From contig PS015097.1 of the NCBI GenBank assembly GCA_048213135.1, positions 72,679 to 136,678 on the forward strand: a DNA stretch of 64,000 nt, written 5' to 3'. Below, piece after piece: positions 13,201 to 27,000 of the stretch. The notes under the pieces were generated by a model. It saw only the letters and a list, made by a program, of their open reading frames with translations, made no database searches and was not told the origin of the DNA. Made by a program: the position numbers and the translations under genes. The first letter of the stretch is position 1. Each line of letters begins with the position of its first letter. This DNA comes from Reclinomonas americana ATCC 50394. Taxonomy: Eukaryota.

Positions 13201-15095
13201 CATTCTGCGACATTGCAATGTGCGTTCTGCTTCTCACCACAATGTTGTCACCACTGCAGCGCTCAAATCCGTGACCTCGCCGCCACAACTCCAACACGAT
13301 CGACCGGCCGAGTGACGCCAACTACGGAGGGCGATGCGCGCATGTCGGTACGTTGTCTCGCCCCCTTGCTATGGCTTTGTTGGGGTGCTGACGCTGACGA
13401 TTTCCGGGAAGCTGCTGGAGTTGCAGTTGCAGGACACGTTCCTCACGCGTCTGCGAGTTTTGCAGCGTGCACTGGAGACGGAAAAGACCGAGCGCGACAA
13501 GACAGCAATGGTGTGTATTGATTGTGTGAGCAGCTGTTTCACTCAACAAGCCCCGCATGCTCATTTCTGTTCGACATGCAGCAATTGACAGTGGAGGTAC
13601 AAGCGCGAGTGGCGCTGGAGAAGCAACTGCGAGAGGCGCAAGTACAACATCAGGATGAAGTGAACGAAATGGTGCGTTACCGGCCGTGCGAAGATGCCGT
13701 GTCGGTGACTCATTTTTCGATGGTGGGTGTGGGCAGACGGACCGCATTCGGGAACTGCGCCAGCGGCTGCGTGAACTGGAGCGCAACGTCGACGGCGTCG
13801 AGGACACGAATGGATCACCACCACGTACACCCTTGTCGCGATCATTACCACCGCTGCAGGCAGATTCGAGCAGTCGAGCGGCGCCGGAGAGTCCTTCGGC
13901 GGTCATGCTGACACACGATCTGCAGACTGCGGTGAGAACTGGCGTCATGCATGTGTGTGCGCGGGCTGGTGGAGTCTGACATTCGATCTCCTTGCCGCAA
14001 CAGCACTCCGAGTTGTTGCAGGAGAGGCTGCGGGCGCACAAGCTCGAGCAGGAGATTGCACGGCTGGACAGCGACTATCGCTTGCTGAAACAGCGTGCCG
14101 CACTGATGGAGGACACGCTGGCTGCACTGCGGGAGCAGGGCGTGAATGTGAAGGTACTGTGCTGTCCACCGAGGGTTGCTTGTGGGCTTTGGTTATTTAC
14201 GTGTTTGTGGTTGTTTTTGTTGGATGTCGACAGCCAATGGCGGTCACTCGGCTTCCCAACAAGGCCTCGGCCGACGCGGTGAGCAGCGAGTTCGGCCAGC
14301 GCGCTGCGCAGCGTGCCGAATCGGAGGAGTTGCAACGCGAGAACGAGCGTCTGAGACGGCAAGTCGACCAGGTCTGTGTGCATCGTACTGCTGGCTTAGT
14401 GGGTGCCAAACAGACTGACCTCTTGCAACGTCTCGCAGCTGCGAACGGATCTGCGCGCACAGGCGACTCCCATTGGCGTATTGGTGCGTACGGGTGCGAG
14501 ATGCAGTGCACGCAGGGTCTCCTCATCTCACCACGCGGTTCCCTCGCGCAGAGCCCCGGGAGTATGACGGCCGAGCTGAAGCGACAGCTCGACATTGAGA
14601 AGCAGTACGCGGAAAAGCTGGGTCAGGAACTCGTGCAAGAGGTACGCGAGGTGACAGTGTTGCCTGCACTGCATCACATGACTGCTCAAGTGACCCTTGC
14701 GCAGTTCATCAATCGGGAACAATTGGAGCAGAACCTGCGCAGCCGCGAGGAGGCCGTGAACGCACTCGAGGCCGAGCGAGCCGAACTGCTGCGAGCTCTG
14801 GAGCAAGGCCACAACATGACGCGGCAGCTGGAGGAGTCGCTTCGCGAGCTGCACTCGGCACACGAACACGTTGCGTAAGGCAGAGGTGAAGCTGCTCCTC
14901 TGTGGGCGACTGGGTGCTGACCCTGGGCGCGTGACACAGTTGCAGCAAGAGACCAATGCCGCGCGCCTGTCGGAGCTGGAAGAGGAGCTGAAGAATGTGC
15001 GCGCCGAAAAAGACGAAGCGCTGCGCAAAGTCGAGCTATCTCGCATCTTTACTGTCAACTTTGTGGATCGTCTCATCGAGTCGTCGTCGCTGTGA
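7260..15095 (+). CDS. N-terminal kelch-repeat propeller followed by a very long coiled coil (about 35 exons)
   Basis: Kelch blades (PPPRAWHTL...LFMFGG, PSARGWHT...IVFGG, PEPRGNHAA...LYIIGG, PEPRHSHS...LFGG), then E/Q/R/L-rich heptad exons to TGA at 15093-15095. Confidence 0.85.
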
Positions 15096-15202
15096 CGAAG
15101 AAGAACACGGACGATACAGCCTGTAGCTGACAACAAAAAAGTGAAACGGCTTTTGTAAATCACCGCACACCAAATTTAGTCTTCATTCTGCGAGAGTCTG
15201 CA

Positions 15203-17557
15203 ATGCGTCTGCGTTTCCCGAGTGCCTCTGTGGGTGTGGAAGATGGTCCACTGGTGCCTCTCCATGTCGACATTGCGGTGGTGAAGCCAGGCGGTGTCAT
15301 TACTCGTCGTCGCGTGCATGTGAGTGTGCACAACACACACACTTGCACACACACTCGTTTGCACACGCAGACACACACATAGAGTGAGCAAGAGAGCAAA
15401 AAGTAAGAGTGAGTGAGAAGAGTGCATTTGCACGCGTGCATGCATGCATGCTGGGCAATCAATCACAAATGCGTGCAATTTTTTCGTCAGTGTCTCACTC
15501 GTGCTCAGGTGGACTGCTCGTCGACGCACAACCTCTTCCGCCTGCGCAACTTTGTCAGTGCGCGTGCACTGCTGCAGCCGCCGGCGATGAGCTGGGTGTG
15601 GACACTGGGCGACGCAGAGCCTGTGCACATGACGTTTTCGCAGAGTGGCAAAGTCGGCTCGTCTTTCGCCGACTTGCGTTTGGCGCGTGACAGCGTTGTC
15701 TATGCCATTGGTGTGTTCTGTTCTCTGTGCTCTCTCTCTCTCTCTCTTCTTGTGTCGGCGTTGGTTGCTGACTGCATGCATTATTGCAAAAAAAAGGATC
15801 GCGCGTGGAGCTCTCGGCTGCCGAGGTCGCCGATGTCATTGAGCGCTGCAGTTGCGCGTGTCTCCGTCTCCTTCGTGTGTGTGTGTGTGTGTATGTGTGT
15901 TGTCTCACCTGCAGCGGGGTGTGCGCAGAGAGCGATTCGGTGGAGGAGTACGACGAGGCGGCTGATGCGGCTGCGGTGGCTCGTGTCGGCGAGACGAATG
16001 TGGGCGGCGGCGGTGCGCTGGCGGCACGCGTGGTGTTGTATGCCGATGGTCACCCGGTGCATGCCTACCGGGTACGTCGTCGCTCATGCACGTGAGGGGA
16101 ACAGAAAGAGTGTTGGTGCTCACTTCTTCTCTCTCTTTCCCTCTCTCGGTAGCTGTCGCTGCCGGCTGGTGCCACTGTGGGCGATGCGTACGAGGCGCTG
16201 CGTGGAGCTGGCGATGCGCACACTGCTGCGCTGGGCGAAGTCCGCTCAGTCACTTGCTGGTCGCAAGGCAGCAAGATCGCCTCCAGTACGCCGCTGTCGG
16301 ATGCGTCTGTCGATGCGTCGCACGTGGAGATCTTTTGTTGCGTCGCTTGGAAGCATGCATGCTCTGCTGTCGTCCGTGCCCTCACGTACACTGGCCGCAG
16401 CCTACACCACCACCTCGACGGGCTCGAAGAGTGGCAAAGTGTCGCGTCGCTCGCACGGCGAGTCGAGCTCGAGGGCAGCGGGCGAGAAGGGCGGTGCATC
16501 GGCATCGGCTGCCGCTGGCGAGTCGAGTGCCGCTGGTGGCCGTGGACGCCAAGGCCGCAAGAGGGCCGAGGATGACTCCTCGCCACCGCCGCGGCGCCCG
16601 CGCAAGCCGTCCTCCTCCGCTGCCGCCGCGTCGGCAGACGACTCGGCGGATGGCAGCGACGCAACACCCACTGGCAAGATCCTCTCCGACAGCGAGGCCG
16701 TGGCTGCCATCGAGGCTGCTGTGGCGCACGCCGACGAGGGACTGTCGCAGAGCGACCTGCTGAAGGCGTTGCGCAAGGTGTGCGCGCGCGTGCGCATGAG
16801 TGTCATTGTTCGTTGTTTCTCACGTGTCTCCTCCGCAGGTCGGCTTTGAGTGGCGCCAGTACCAGCAGGCCAACCATGAGAGACGATCGCTGCGCCAGTT
16901 CATTGAGGACGAGGTCGACGTGTTTGTGCACACCAACGTCTCGGACTCCAGGTATCTGCGATACTACCCGCGGTGCGTACTGTGCTGAAACACGTTGGCC
17001 GTATTTTCTCTTTTTCGTTGTGCCTCACCCGCTACGGTGCAGCAAGCGCAACGCCACCGTGTTTGTGTCGTCCTCGTACCAGTGGGTCGAGAAGGACTAC
17101 GCCGCCGTATTCAGCGGCGTGGGCTCGGGGGCCGGCGTGCAGCAGGTGCAGGTGCTGTTGCAGGGCGGCGCGCTTGTGCGCTTCCGTTCGTGGGAGGACG
17201 CCGAGTACGCCATGGACCACTTCAACGGCTACCGTGTCGGCGACTTTACATTGTCGGTGCGTCCGGCGAAGACCAGCCTCGGCCGTGGTCGCTCGCGTGG
17301 CAGCGGCGGTGGCAGCGGCAGCGGCGGCGGCAGCCGTCGCGGCAAGCGTGGTGAGTGCGCACTGTCGTCATTGATCTCTTCTTTGTGTGTCGCTGACACG
17401 GATGTGTGCATTGGCAGGCGCGGGCGCACGATCGGCACGTGCGGCCTCGGCCGATGAGGAGGACGACCAGGAGGCCTCTGGTAGCGGCAGTGGCTCCGCG
17501 TCGGCAACGACGACCACGACCACGACCACGACGACCACCGCCACCGGTGACGAATAA
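15203..17557 (+). CDS. RNA-binding protein: uncharacterised N-terminus, putative LOTUS/OST-HTH-like helix bundle, RRM, RGG-like tail
   Basis: RRM: ATVFVSSS...GALVRFRSWEDAEYAMDHFNGYRVGDFTLSVRPAK. It is preceded by EGLSQSDLLKALRK|VGFEWRQY...SLRQFIEDEVDVF and followed by GRGRSRGSGGG. TAA at 17555-17557. Confidence 0.65.
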
Positions 17558-17785
17558 GCCGTGCCCGACGTCACCGTCGTCGTCGTTTCCCTTTTCACCC
17601 ATCGTTAGACTAGCTTCTGCCGTGCGGCGGGTCGATTCGATCCGCCGCTTGCGTTCCCTTTCCCACCTGCCCCTATGACTCCCTCTCTGCCTCCTTTCTT
17701 CTTAGTGAAGCGCGATTCGTTGCATGATTGCATGACAAGAAAAAAACGACGGTCCCCGTCCGCTCTCCTTTATCTCCTCGTAACG

Positions 17786-20700
17786 ATGAGCGCCTCGTTC
17801 CGTGGTCGTCGTCTCAGCGCACTGCCGCCTGCACACGAGCTGGTGTGCACGCGCGTGACGAGTGATGACGCACATGCACCAATCTTCTTCAATCTCATTT
17901 CTTGCGTGTGCGTGTGTGCAGTCGGCAGCCACCGTGTCACTGGATGTGTCGCAGAATGCACTGCGTGTGTTGCGCACCGCAGCACCGCTCTCACGCTCCT
18001 TGGCCGACGTGTGTCCGCAATTGTCGCACCTGGATGTATCATGCAATCAACTCAGTTCCTCTATCTCATCCTCATGCCCTCATTGCCGCACTGCCTGTTC
18101 ATATGTGTACCACGTTGCCCCTGCCTGGCCTCTCCTTTCCTCCTTCTCTTCCCACACACAGCGCAACTCGACGGTCTGCCGACCTCGTTGGAGCAGCTGT
18201 TTGCGGCGCGAAATCGGCTCGGCGATCACTTGCAGTTGTCTCGATTGCCGCGTCTGGAGGAGGCCGACTTGTCGCACAACCCGGCTCTGCGTGCAGTCAG
18301 CGTGCTCCCCTCGTGCGAGTCGCTGCGTTTGCTGCGCCTGGCCTACTGCAGCATCAGTGATATTCGAGGACTTGCCAGCCTGAAGACGCTGGAGAGTCTG
18401 GACTTGGAGGGTGCGTGGAGGTCGTCGTGCACGTGTCCAGTTCGCTTGGCTTTGTTGCACTCATGCGCTGTGATGCACCCAGGCAATCAGCTGGGCCCGG
18501 GCCTCGACGACATTCGCGTGCTCAGCGCTCTGCCGCGCCTGCGAACACTGCGACTGGCCGGCAATCCGCTCGCCGCCGACCCCGCGTACCGCGTGACGGT
18601 TCGCAAGCTGCTCCCGAATCTGGTGCGACTGGACGGCGAACGTGCGTATGCGGTGCGCTCTTTTCGTTTCCTCCACCTTGTCTGTCGCTCATGCACTGGA
18701 AAACGGGCAGGTCTCGAGGCGGATCAGAGCCCGACACGATCCCGCTCTCCCACTGCAGTCGGCGGCCTCAATCGGCCTCGCCCCGAACCGCTGGTAGTGG
18801 ACGATCTGCTGCGTCGCTCGCGAGAGCTCATCAGCAGTGTCACACACGCCGAGGAGTCTCGCGATCGGCGAACGGCAGATGTCACCACTCCCCCCGGGCG
18901 ACATGGCAAGACTCGCGCTCGGTCATCGCCTCCACCCTCCACTGCATCACTGAATCTGTCGCCGTCTAGTGGCACCAGTCACCGTCGGCCAGGCAGCAAC
19001 AATGGCGCGAGTCGCTACGCCCCATCGTCGCCAACAGCTCCACCGCCACAGGAACCAGTTCCGCGACCACTGTCGCCGGCAAGTCGCCGTATGCCCGCTC
19101 CCCTCAGCCCTCCCCTGTCTCCTGCGCGCTACTCGCCACCATCGTCGCCATCCGCACCCGCACCACTTCGCTCATCGTCTGGCTCGTTGAGTACGCCGCT
19201 GTCGGTGACCACCCAGTCGACGCTGCAGCAACTGGTGGCGCAGAACCGACACTTGCTGGACGAGCTCGATCGTGTGCATCAGGATCGCTCCCAACTGAAG
19301 CGCACACTCGAAGGCACACGGCGGCAGGCACAGGCTGACAAGGAGAAGGCAAATGATGAGATGTGGAGGCTCGAGCACCGTGCGTCGACTGCCGAAGACC
19401 ACGCACAGCGGCTACGCAAGTCGGTGCGTATGTAGATTAAGTTTCGTTCTGTCTCCTGTTTGCTACTCTTGTTCTTCACACGTATTCTCCCGCCGCACAG
19501 GTAAATGAGGTCGAGGCTGAGCTGGTGTGCGCGCGCGCCGCGCTCGCCGATGTCTTGCACGGAGTGGCGTATGAACAGAGCGACTGGCTGCAGGAGTACC
19601 GTCGTCGGTATGCCGCTGGCCAGCCGAGCGAGCCAGTTGTCGCTACACTGCAGCACCAGAATCGCTCATTGGCGCAGCATATTCGCGCCTTGCACGACGA
19701 TCTGGAGGAAGCTGGTTGCGTAGAGCATGGTGCTGTACACAGAGGGAGAGAGAGAGAGAGATTGCACTCTGACTGCGCCTTGTTGAACACTTGACAGAGG
19801 AACTGCACCAAAGCGCTGCGTCGCCACCGAAACCGCCACTCGTGTTGCCGTCGGCACCGAGTGAGGTTGTGGAGGAGGAAATCACTCGTGAAACTTGCGA
19901 GGCGCTCGGTACGTGATGCGTCTGTCACGCAGTCAGTCAGTATTCTGTGCCGACGCACATCCGCCGCTGGCAGAATACTCGTCGCAGTTGAAGCGGTGGC
20001 TGATCGGCGAACTCAATCGGAGTCACGTGGCGGCCAAGCTGTCGGCATCGCAGTCGCCGCCGCGGCAGTCGGTGTCGGCACCGCGCAGTGCACGCCAGTC
20101 TGCCGAGCGTCCAAGTTACCATCAGCAGGTGCGTGACGACTGGTGAGCGTGACACAAGGATCGTTTTTCTTGCTCACTGGTGGTGAGTGAGGCAGGCTAC
20201 AAGCGCACGTGGACCGAGCGGAGGTACACCAGGAGACATGGCGGCAGCGCTGTGGTCGCGCGGTGCCGAGCCCGCGGCCGATCGTCAATTCATGCATGCC
20301 GAGTCGCATCCATCGCCTGCCCCAGGTCCGTTGCCACCATCGTCGCCAGGTGGTTCTGCTTCGCGAGGTGACAAGGGTAAGCGCACTTCCCACGTGTTGT
20401 TGCGCAGAAGATGAATTGATGTCTGTCACCAGGGACATCGCTCCGGAGATTGTCGTTCAGTGGGTCGCAGCAGTCGATGCCAGGTACGCTGGATGTGCCG
20501 GCGAGGTCCATGTTTGGCGTGGCGTGCACGGATTGACCCATGGATGCGTGCTGCAGATCCTGAGCCGCTGGTGCCCGCCGCAGGCGATGAGGCCGCTGCC
20601 CTGTTGCAGGCCGTGCGCAGTGTGCCACCGCAGCATGCGCGCAACCTGTACGAGGAGCTCAGCAGCCTTCGATTGCGGTCGAGTGGCGACCGAGCTCCCG

Positions 20701-20958
20701 CTGCGTCGCTTCGTTCCAGCCACACCACGGACTCGCTGCTGTGCGTGTTGTTGTTGTCGATGCGTGTTCACCTATTCAATCCAATCGCTTACCGCCGTGC
20801 ACGCAGGTCGAGTGACCGCGAGCGACAGTTCAGAGAGGCGCATGTGAGTCGTGAGCGGAAGTCTTGTTCACATGAACATTGCTGTACTCAAAAACTTCTT
20901 TTCACTTGGGCAGTGGAGGAAGCTCAAGGCCGAGCGCCAGAGTGCTGGCCTGGAATGA
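17786..20958 (+). CDS. SDS22-type leucine-rich repeat protein with LRR cap, Pro/Ser linker and coiled coil (centriolar/ciliary LRR-CC type)
   Basis: LRRs LEEADLSHN, LRLLRLAYC, LESLDLEG|NQL, and cap LRTLRLAGNPLAADPAYRVTVRKLLPNLVRLDG. A coiled coil follows. TGA at 20956-20958. Confidence 0.75.
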
Positions 20959-21003
20959 GTTGGACGATGAACAGAAATTAACAATCTATATGGTCGCCCC
21001 ACT

Positions 21004-24000
21004 TTACTTGAAGTACTGCGAGAGATCCTCGCCCGACAGTTCTTCGATCACATTCACCAGCGTCTGCGCATGCGCCTCCACCTCAGCCGAGTCGTCGTCC
21101 ATGAGTTCGGCCAGCGTCGAAATGCTGTCAGGCAGCAGCACGAGGAACTCGGGGCCCACGCGCTGGTACAAGGCACGCAGAGCCGAAACGCAAGCGTAGC
21201 GCACTTGCGGGCTGCGATGGCGCCCGGCCTCCAACACCGAGTGGTGGAGCGGACGCCACAGCGACTGGGCATCGGCCACACACAGCGCCAACTGAGCAAT
21301 GGTCGGCACCACTTCGCTCTCCATACGGCGGCGGAAAGCGTCGGGGCCACCAAACGGTTGCTGCAGCTGCCCCGCCAGCGGATCGCAGATGAGCGCGAAA
21401 CGATCCCGATCGACAAATCTGTAAGCGACGCGTCAACAGCTGCAGCGTACACAGTGGCGGATACACCGAGTACGGAAACGAACCCGCGGACATCGTAGGT
21501 GAAGCAGCGGCGGAGAGCAGCCACCACCGCCATCATCAGCTCGTGTCGCACACGCAGCGGGGAGATCACTGCGAACAGAGATTGCGCACGGTGTGTGAGT
21601 GCATGCTTTTGTACGAGACAAATGCAGGCTACACACCATCGGAAGACATGTCCAGGCGCTCCGCATCGACGACATTGTACTGCAGCGTGCAGGAGGCCGA
21701 CTGCGCAGCACCGTCATGCAGCAACGCCACAATGTGCTCCCACACTTCGGCAAAGTGCGGCACAAGAATCGACTGTGTGTGTAAGTGCGCGGTTGCGTCA
21801 GAAGAATGCTCGCCGCGCACGGGATACCACATAGCGCAGCAAAAAAAAAAAAAACCTTGAGGGTGTCGCCCAGCGTGGCCATCAAACGGTAGAATGACAA
21901 GACACGTTCGGCACGGAGTGGACGCTGCACACAGCGTCGTTCTTGTCAGCTCACCTGCGACACGTGACACACGCACACACTTACACATGCCTTTTGACGA
22001 GCACCACTGTGCTTCTCATCATCGTCATCGTCCTCATCTTCGTCGTCCTCCTCATCCTCACTCTCCTCGTGATCGCCATCTTCCTCATCCTCGTTGCCGG
22101 TCACTCGGCGATGTGCCCACGAGAACAGGCGCCGATAGATGGGCTGGAAGCGCTTCTCATTCAGTCGCAGCAACAGCTGCACAAAGGCCGCGTGCAACGC
22201 ATCCTCCACCGCATTCACGCCAGAGACCTGCGGTCGAAGAGTGAGTACGCCACCCACACACACACCAACGACAGTTGCCGGCCGGCCACGCACCTGCAGC
22301 TCGATGGCAGCCGGAGACGATCGGAGCGACAGACCACGAATGAACAACTCGGTGACCTCCGACAAGTGCAAGCGAAGGACGTCGATCTTGGACGAGGCCA
22401 GAATGCGACCGAGGAAGCCGAAGCACTCGCGCAGACCGTCGGCACTGGTGGACAGTGCGCGGAAGGCGGTCTCCAGAGCCGGCAGTAGGTGCTCCATTGA
22501 AACCTGCGTGGCGAGGATGTCGAACACCTCGCCGCTCTTCTCCTTCAGCTTGTCGTTGGTGTCGGCCAGAACGGACGGGTGCAACAGAGCCGCAAGAATG
22601 CTGCCAATGTACGGGGTGCAGAAGGCAGCCAGACGCCGCATCACCAGCTCCATGGCGTTGACGGCGGCGGCGCGCACTGTGCTGGCCAACGCGACATCTT
22701 GCACGCCAGCACTCAGGGGTACCAGCTCCACAATGCGCGGGAAGAACACGGGGAACTGTTCGAGCACGCGCGCACCCAGCTTGGACCTACACCATGCGCA
22801 CGGTGAGTGCTGCTGCAAGGATGGAGCTGATAATTGCGAGCGAGCGATGGAAAACGCAACGTAATGGAGCCAATGCACAAGCATGCCGATGCGACCACAC
22901 TGGCCGGGGGACCGGAAACCGCTGTGGCCATGAGAATGTCGACCACTCGCGGAATAATGTCCACGAACGGCGTGACGTGCGAGCTGGCAAAGTTGCGCGC
23001 AAGGATCTCCACCGCCCACAGCGCCACTTGGCGGTTGACGTGGAACTGTGCGCCAGACACACAAAGTCAAGTCAGGATGATTGTCGCCCATTGAGAGAGT
23101 TGTGGGGGAATCGGTGCGCAACATCAGCCACATCATCGGCGTCCTCCTCATCAGCCGACAAGAGCGACATTTCAATCTCCGACACAATGCTGACAACGAG
23201 AGTGATGTCGGCCGGCGACATGCTGTCGCGAGTGGCCGTAATGCGCTCGTTCAGCAACTGCAGTGCCTTGCGCTTAATCTGCGGCGGCATACAATGAATG
23301 ATTAGCAGCAGCCTACTTGGACGGGAGAGAAAATAAGCATGCTCACTGCACCTTCGGGTCCTCCTGGTGCAGCAACTCGGTGATGGCAGCCAGGAACGAC
23401 GGCACATCGAGCAGCAGGTTCACGTGGTCGAGGCACTTGCTCAACAACTCCGACGCGCCTGCGTTTCAAAATACGGTCCGTCGTCAGATGACACATACAA
23501 GTCCAACGAGAAGCACGCATGCACACACTCACCATTCCAGAACGCCGTCTCAATGGCCGGCACGTCTTCCGCCTGCACAACACATGAGTGCGACCGAAAG
23601 GAGGCAGTGTACGCACGAGCAAAAAAACGCACCTGCAACACTTCACCCGAGAGGCGCATGAGGACCACGACACTCTCGAACAGCTGCAAGAGCGTCGGCT
23701 GCATGTTGCCCAGCGATGCCGCAGCCATATCTGCACACGCATCTCCATGAGCATCAGACGGTGCAGGAAGGGACAAACCATCAATGCGCAACTCTCAGCA
23801 CGGAGGCGGCGATTCATGAACTCGAGCTCCAGCAGGAACAGACGGAAGACACGCTTGAGCTCCGGCAGCGATTTCCTGCAGTAAATCACAACAGCCGCGT
23901 GTCAGCAGTCTCGCCTGATCACAGACGGACACCGACAGGCACACGCAACGGTTTCTTGGTCTCCGACACACTGCCGCCCCACTTGGCAACCATGGACTGC

Positions 24001-27000
24001 AGCCGCTGGGCCAAACTGCGTCACATCGACAAGTCAGTTTGTCGATCTTCTTTGAGTGCAGCGACACAAACAGCCACTCAACTTGGTGCGTCGCTCCTGC
24101 TCACGCTCGGTCCAGAACGCAATCGCATGCTGCAGCATAAAGCGCATCACCGTGAGCTGCTGGCGCACAGGGAAGTCCTCAGCCAGGCGGTAGGTGAGCT
24201 CCAGCACTTCTGCTGATTCGGCGCTCCTCACACCGGCCTCCATCTACACTCACGCTTTTCAGCACACATGGATCACAACGAGACACGTGTGTGCGCCATT
24301 CACCTCCACACACTCCTCCATCAGCATCTGCAACAGTGGGTACAGCGCACGGTCGGGTGTCAGCACCGATACCAAGGTGTGCAACAACGGCAGCCGACGG
24401 TGCGGCGGCACAGCCGCGACACTGGTTGCAAACGTGCGCAGAATCGCCAGTGGATCCATGGACGGCGAGCCATTCGGCCCGTTGCTGAGGAGTGCAGGCA
24501 CGAGGGTCTCCAGAGTCTGTGGACGGACAACAAAGTAGCGTTTAGTGAGATCGAATGGCTGACAAATAAACGGGACTCTGCTGCCGTTACCTTGCGAATC
24601 ACAGTGTGCGTGTAATTGTCGTCTTGCGCCACGGCAGTGGTTCCCATGACAGTAAACACTGGCATCACCGAGGTGATAATGCCTTGCGGGCAAGCGGCGG
24701 CGAACTCGCCAAGCAAGAGGAGAGCATGACTGAGCGTTTGCGGATTGCGATCCTCTGCGACGACGGTGAGTACATGGCAGAGAGGGAACCGCCGCTGCCC
24801 CATTTGATTCTTCTTCGCCCCACAAACCTCGAATCAGTGTAACCAGCGCGTCCACATCGACGGCGTCCACCAACTCCTTGGTTCGCCCGGCCCCACCAGC
24901 CGCTCCCCGCTGCACAATACGCAGGGCATTGGACAAGGCCATTTGCTTGGTGTATGCCGACTCAAAATCTGCAACTGCAGTGTCAGCAGGGCATGGTGCG
25001 AGCGACTGAGGACGAGTGGGAGAGGTGACAACAACACCTTCAGTGATGACGCGCTCCAGGTTCGACAGAGTCGCAATCAGCTGGAAGATCGGCTGCAACA
25101 ACGCATGGTCGTTCTGCAAATCCGTCGCGTACACGAGCTCCAAGGCCGTGGTAACCGCCGGCAGTTTCTGGTCGACCTGTGCACGCAGTTGCTCGCGCGA
25201 CGACTCGTTTGACGGTGCCACCACCGCGCTGCCAGCAGCCTGCTTCGCGCCACCCTTCTTGGCGCGCTTGTTCTTGCCGGCAGACGCCTCCGGTCGGTCA
25301 AAGAATGCATCGAACTCCGCAGAGAAGGCCACCAAAGCCCTGGCGACCACACTGGCATCTGCGTGAGGGTGGAGGGTGAGAGTACTTGCCACGCACACAC
25401 ACTTGTTGTGCAGCGTCGTACCAATGTTAAGCTGCTGCAGCGTGTGCTCGAGAAGCGCAGCCACGTGCTTGGTGGTGTGCGCCATGAGGCGCAGCTTGCA
25501 CAGCGCCGTGAAAATGTTACCGTGCGAATCAGCCGGCAGAGCTACACATCAAGTGTGCAAAAACATGAGCGCGCCGTGCCTGTCAACCACTTGCAAGCAT
25601 GACGTGATGCGTACCTTGGAAGAGTTCAGGAGTCAGCTGCGTAAGCGCCGCCGTGGCCACCGTCTGCAACGCCGCATTGGCGTGCGCATCTGTGTAGAAT
25701 GAGAACAGAGAATAAGTGAGTCTTGCCGGCAAAACAACACAACGGTGTATACACGAAAGCAACAGAACTTGGACGACTGGAGAGCTCCAGGCACTGCGTA
25801 AGCAGCGAAGCAGCAGCAGTGGCCGATGCTACACCAGTGGCGACAGTTGCTGGCGTGACCGCAGTAAGAATGGCGGCCACGCATTCGGCATGCAACAGCA
25901 GATCCGACTCCTATCACGCGGGGTCTTCGTGAGACAGCGTGCACATGCACACTTTCCTCGCACACAACACACACACACACACACATACCGCTGTCGGAGC
26001 AGAGAACGCTTCAATAGACAGGCGGGCAATCGGCAGCGACGCCGTCAGACGCGCAGACGAGTGCACCAAGGACATGGCGCGCAGGCACTGCAAGCGGACG
26101 TGCGGCAGCTGATCGCACTCGCCGGTGGCCATGCACAGACCACTGATGCAACGCGCACTGCATGCACTCAACATGGTAAGACGGCCCGACTCACATAATG
26201 GTAGAGCCAGCTATGTGCACTCACCGCTCGCCCGCCGCCATCACACTCCCAGCACCGTCGGTGTCGCTGAGCAACGAACCCAAGAGGCGCGATACAACAC
26301 GCGCATCGCCGTGGATCTCATCACCGCTGTCCACCAGCGCCGCCATCAACTTGACGAGGTCCTGCTCCTTCTTGTGCTGCAGAGCGGTGAGACTCGTGCG
26401 CGTTTTTTTGTGGTACTCTTCTCCACCCACAAACCTTGGTCTTGGACGCGGCCGGCACATGCAACGCAGCAAATGCCGGGTACTTGCAGGCCTGAACAAA
26501 GCTTTGCGCCACAGCCACCGCACCCGCGCGCACCATCTGCAGCACACAAGCATGTCAGTTCTTGACGACCAACATCTATTCTCCGGTGCACGACTGGGTA
26601 CGTACCGGTTCCGCGGCTTGCAGCGCGGTCAAGATGCAATCAAACAGGAAACACGCCGCCTTGGCAGTTGCATCTGCCGGCGCCTGTGACAGCACCTGCA
26701 ACCATGCCGCACGATCGCCATCCGACGCGACGCAGCGGGTGTACGCTTGCAGAGACGAGTTGGCGACGGCCAAGGCGCGCACGGCGCTCAGTGGAGCTGC
26801 GTGTGTGCCACACACGTCAGCCTCCGAGATTATGAAAAGAATGTGCATCTCGCGCACGCAACTGGACTGTGGCGATGTCCAAGCGGCGGCAAAGGCATGC
26901 AACAGCACGCCACGCAGGTGGCGGCGAGCGAGCACCTGCAACGGTCGCTCGAGAATGGCAAATGCGCTGTCCTGCAACATCCACTCCAGCAGGCGCCACA

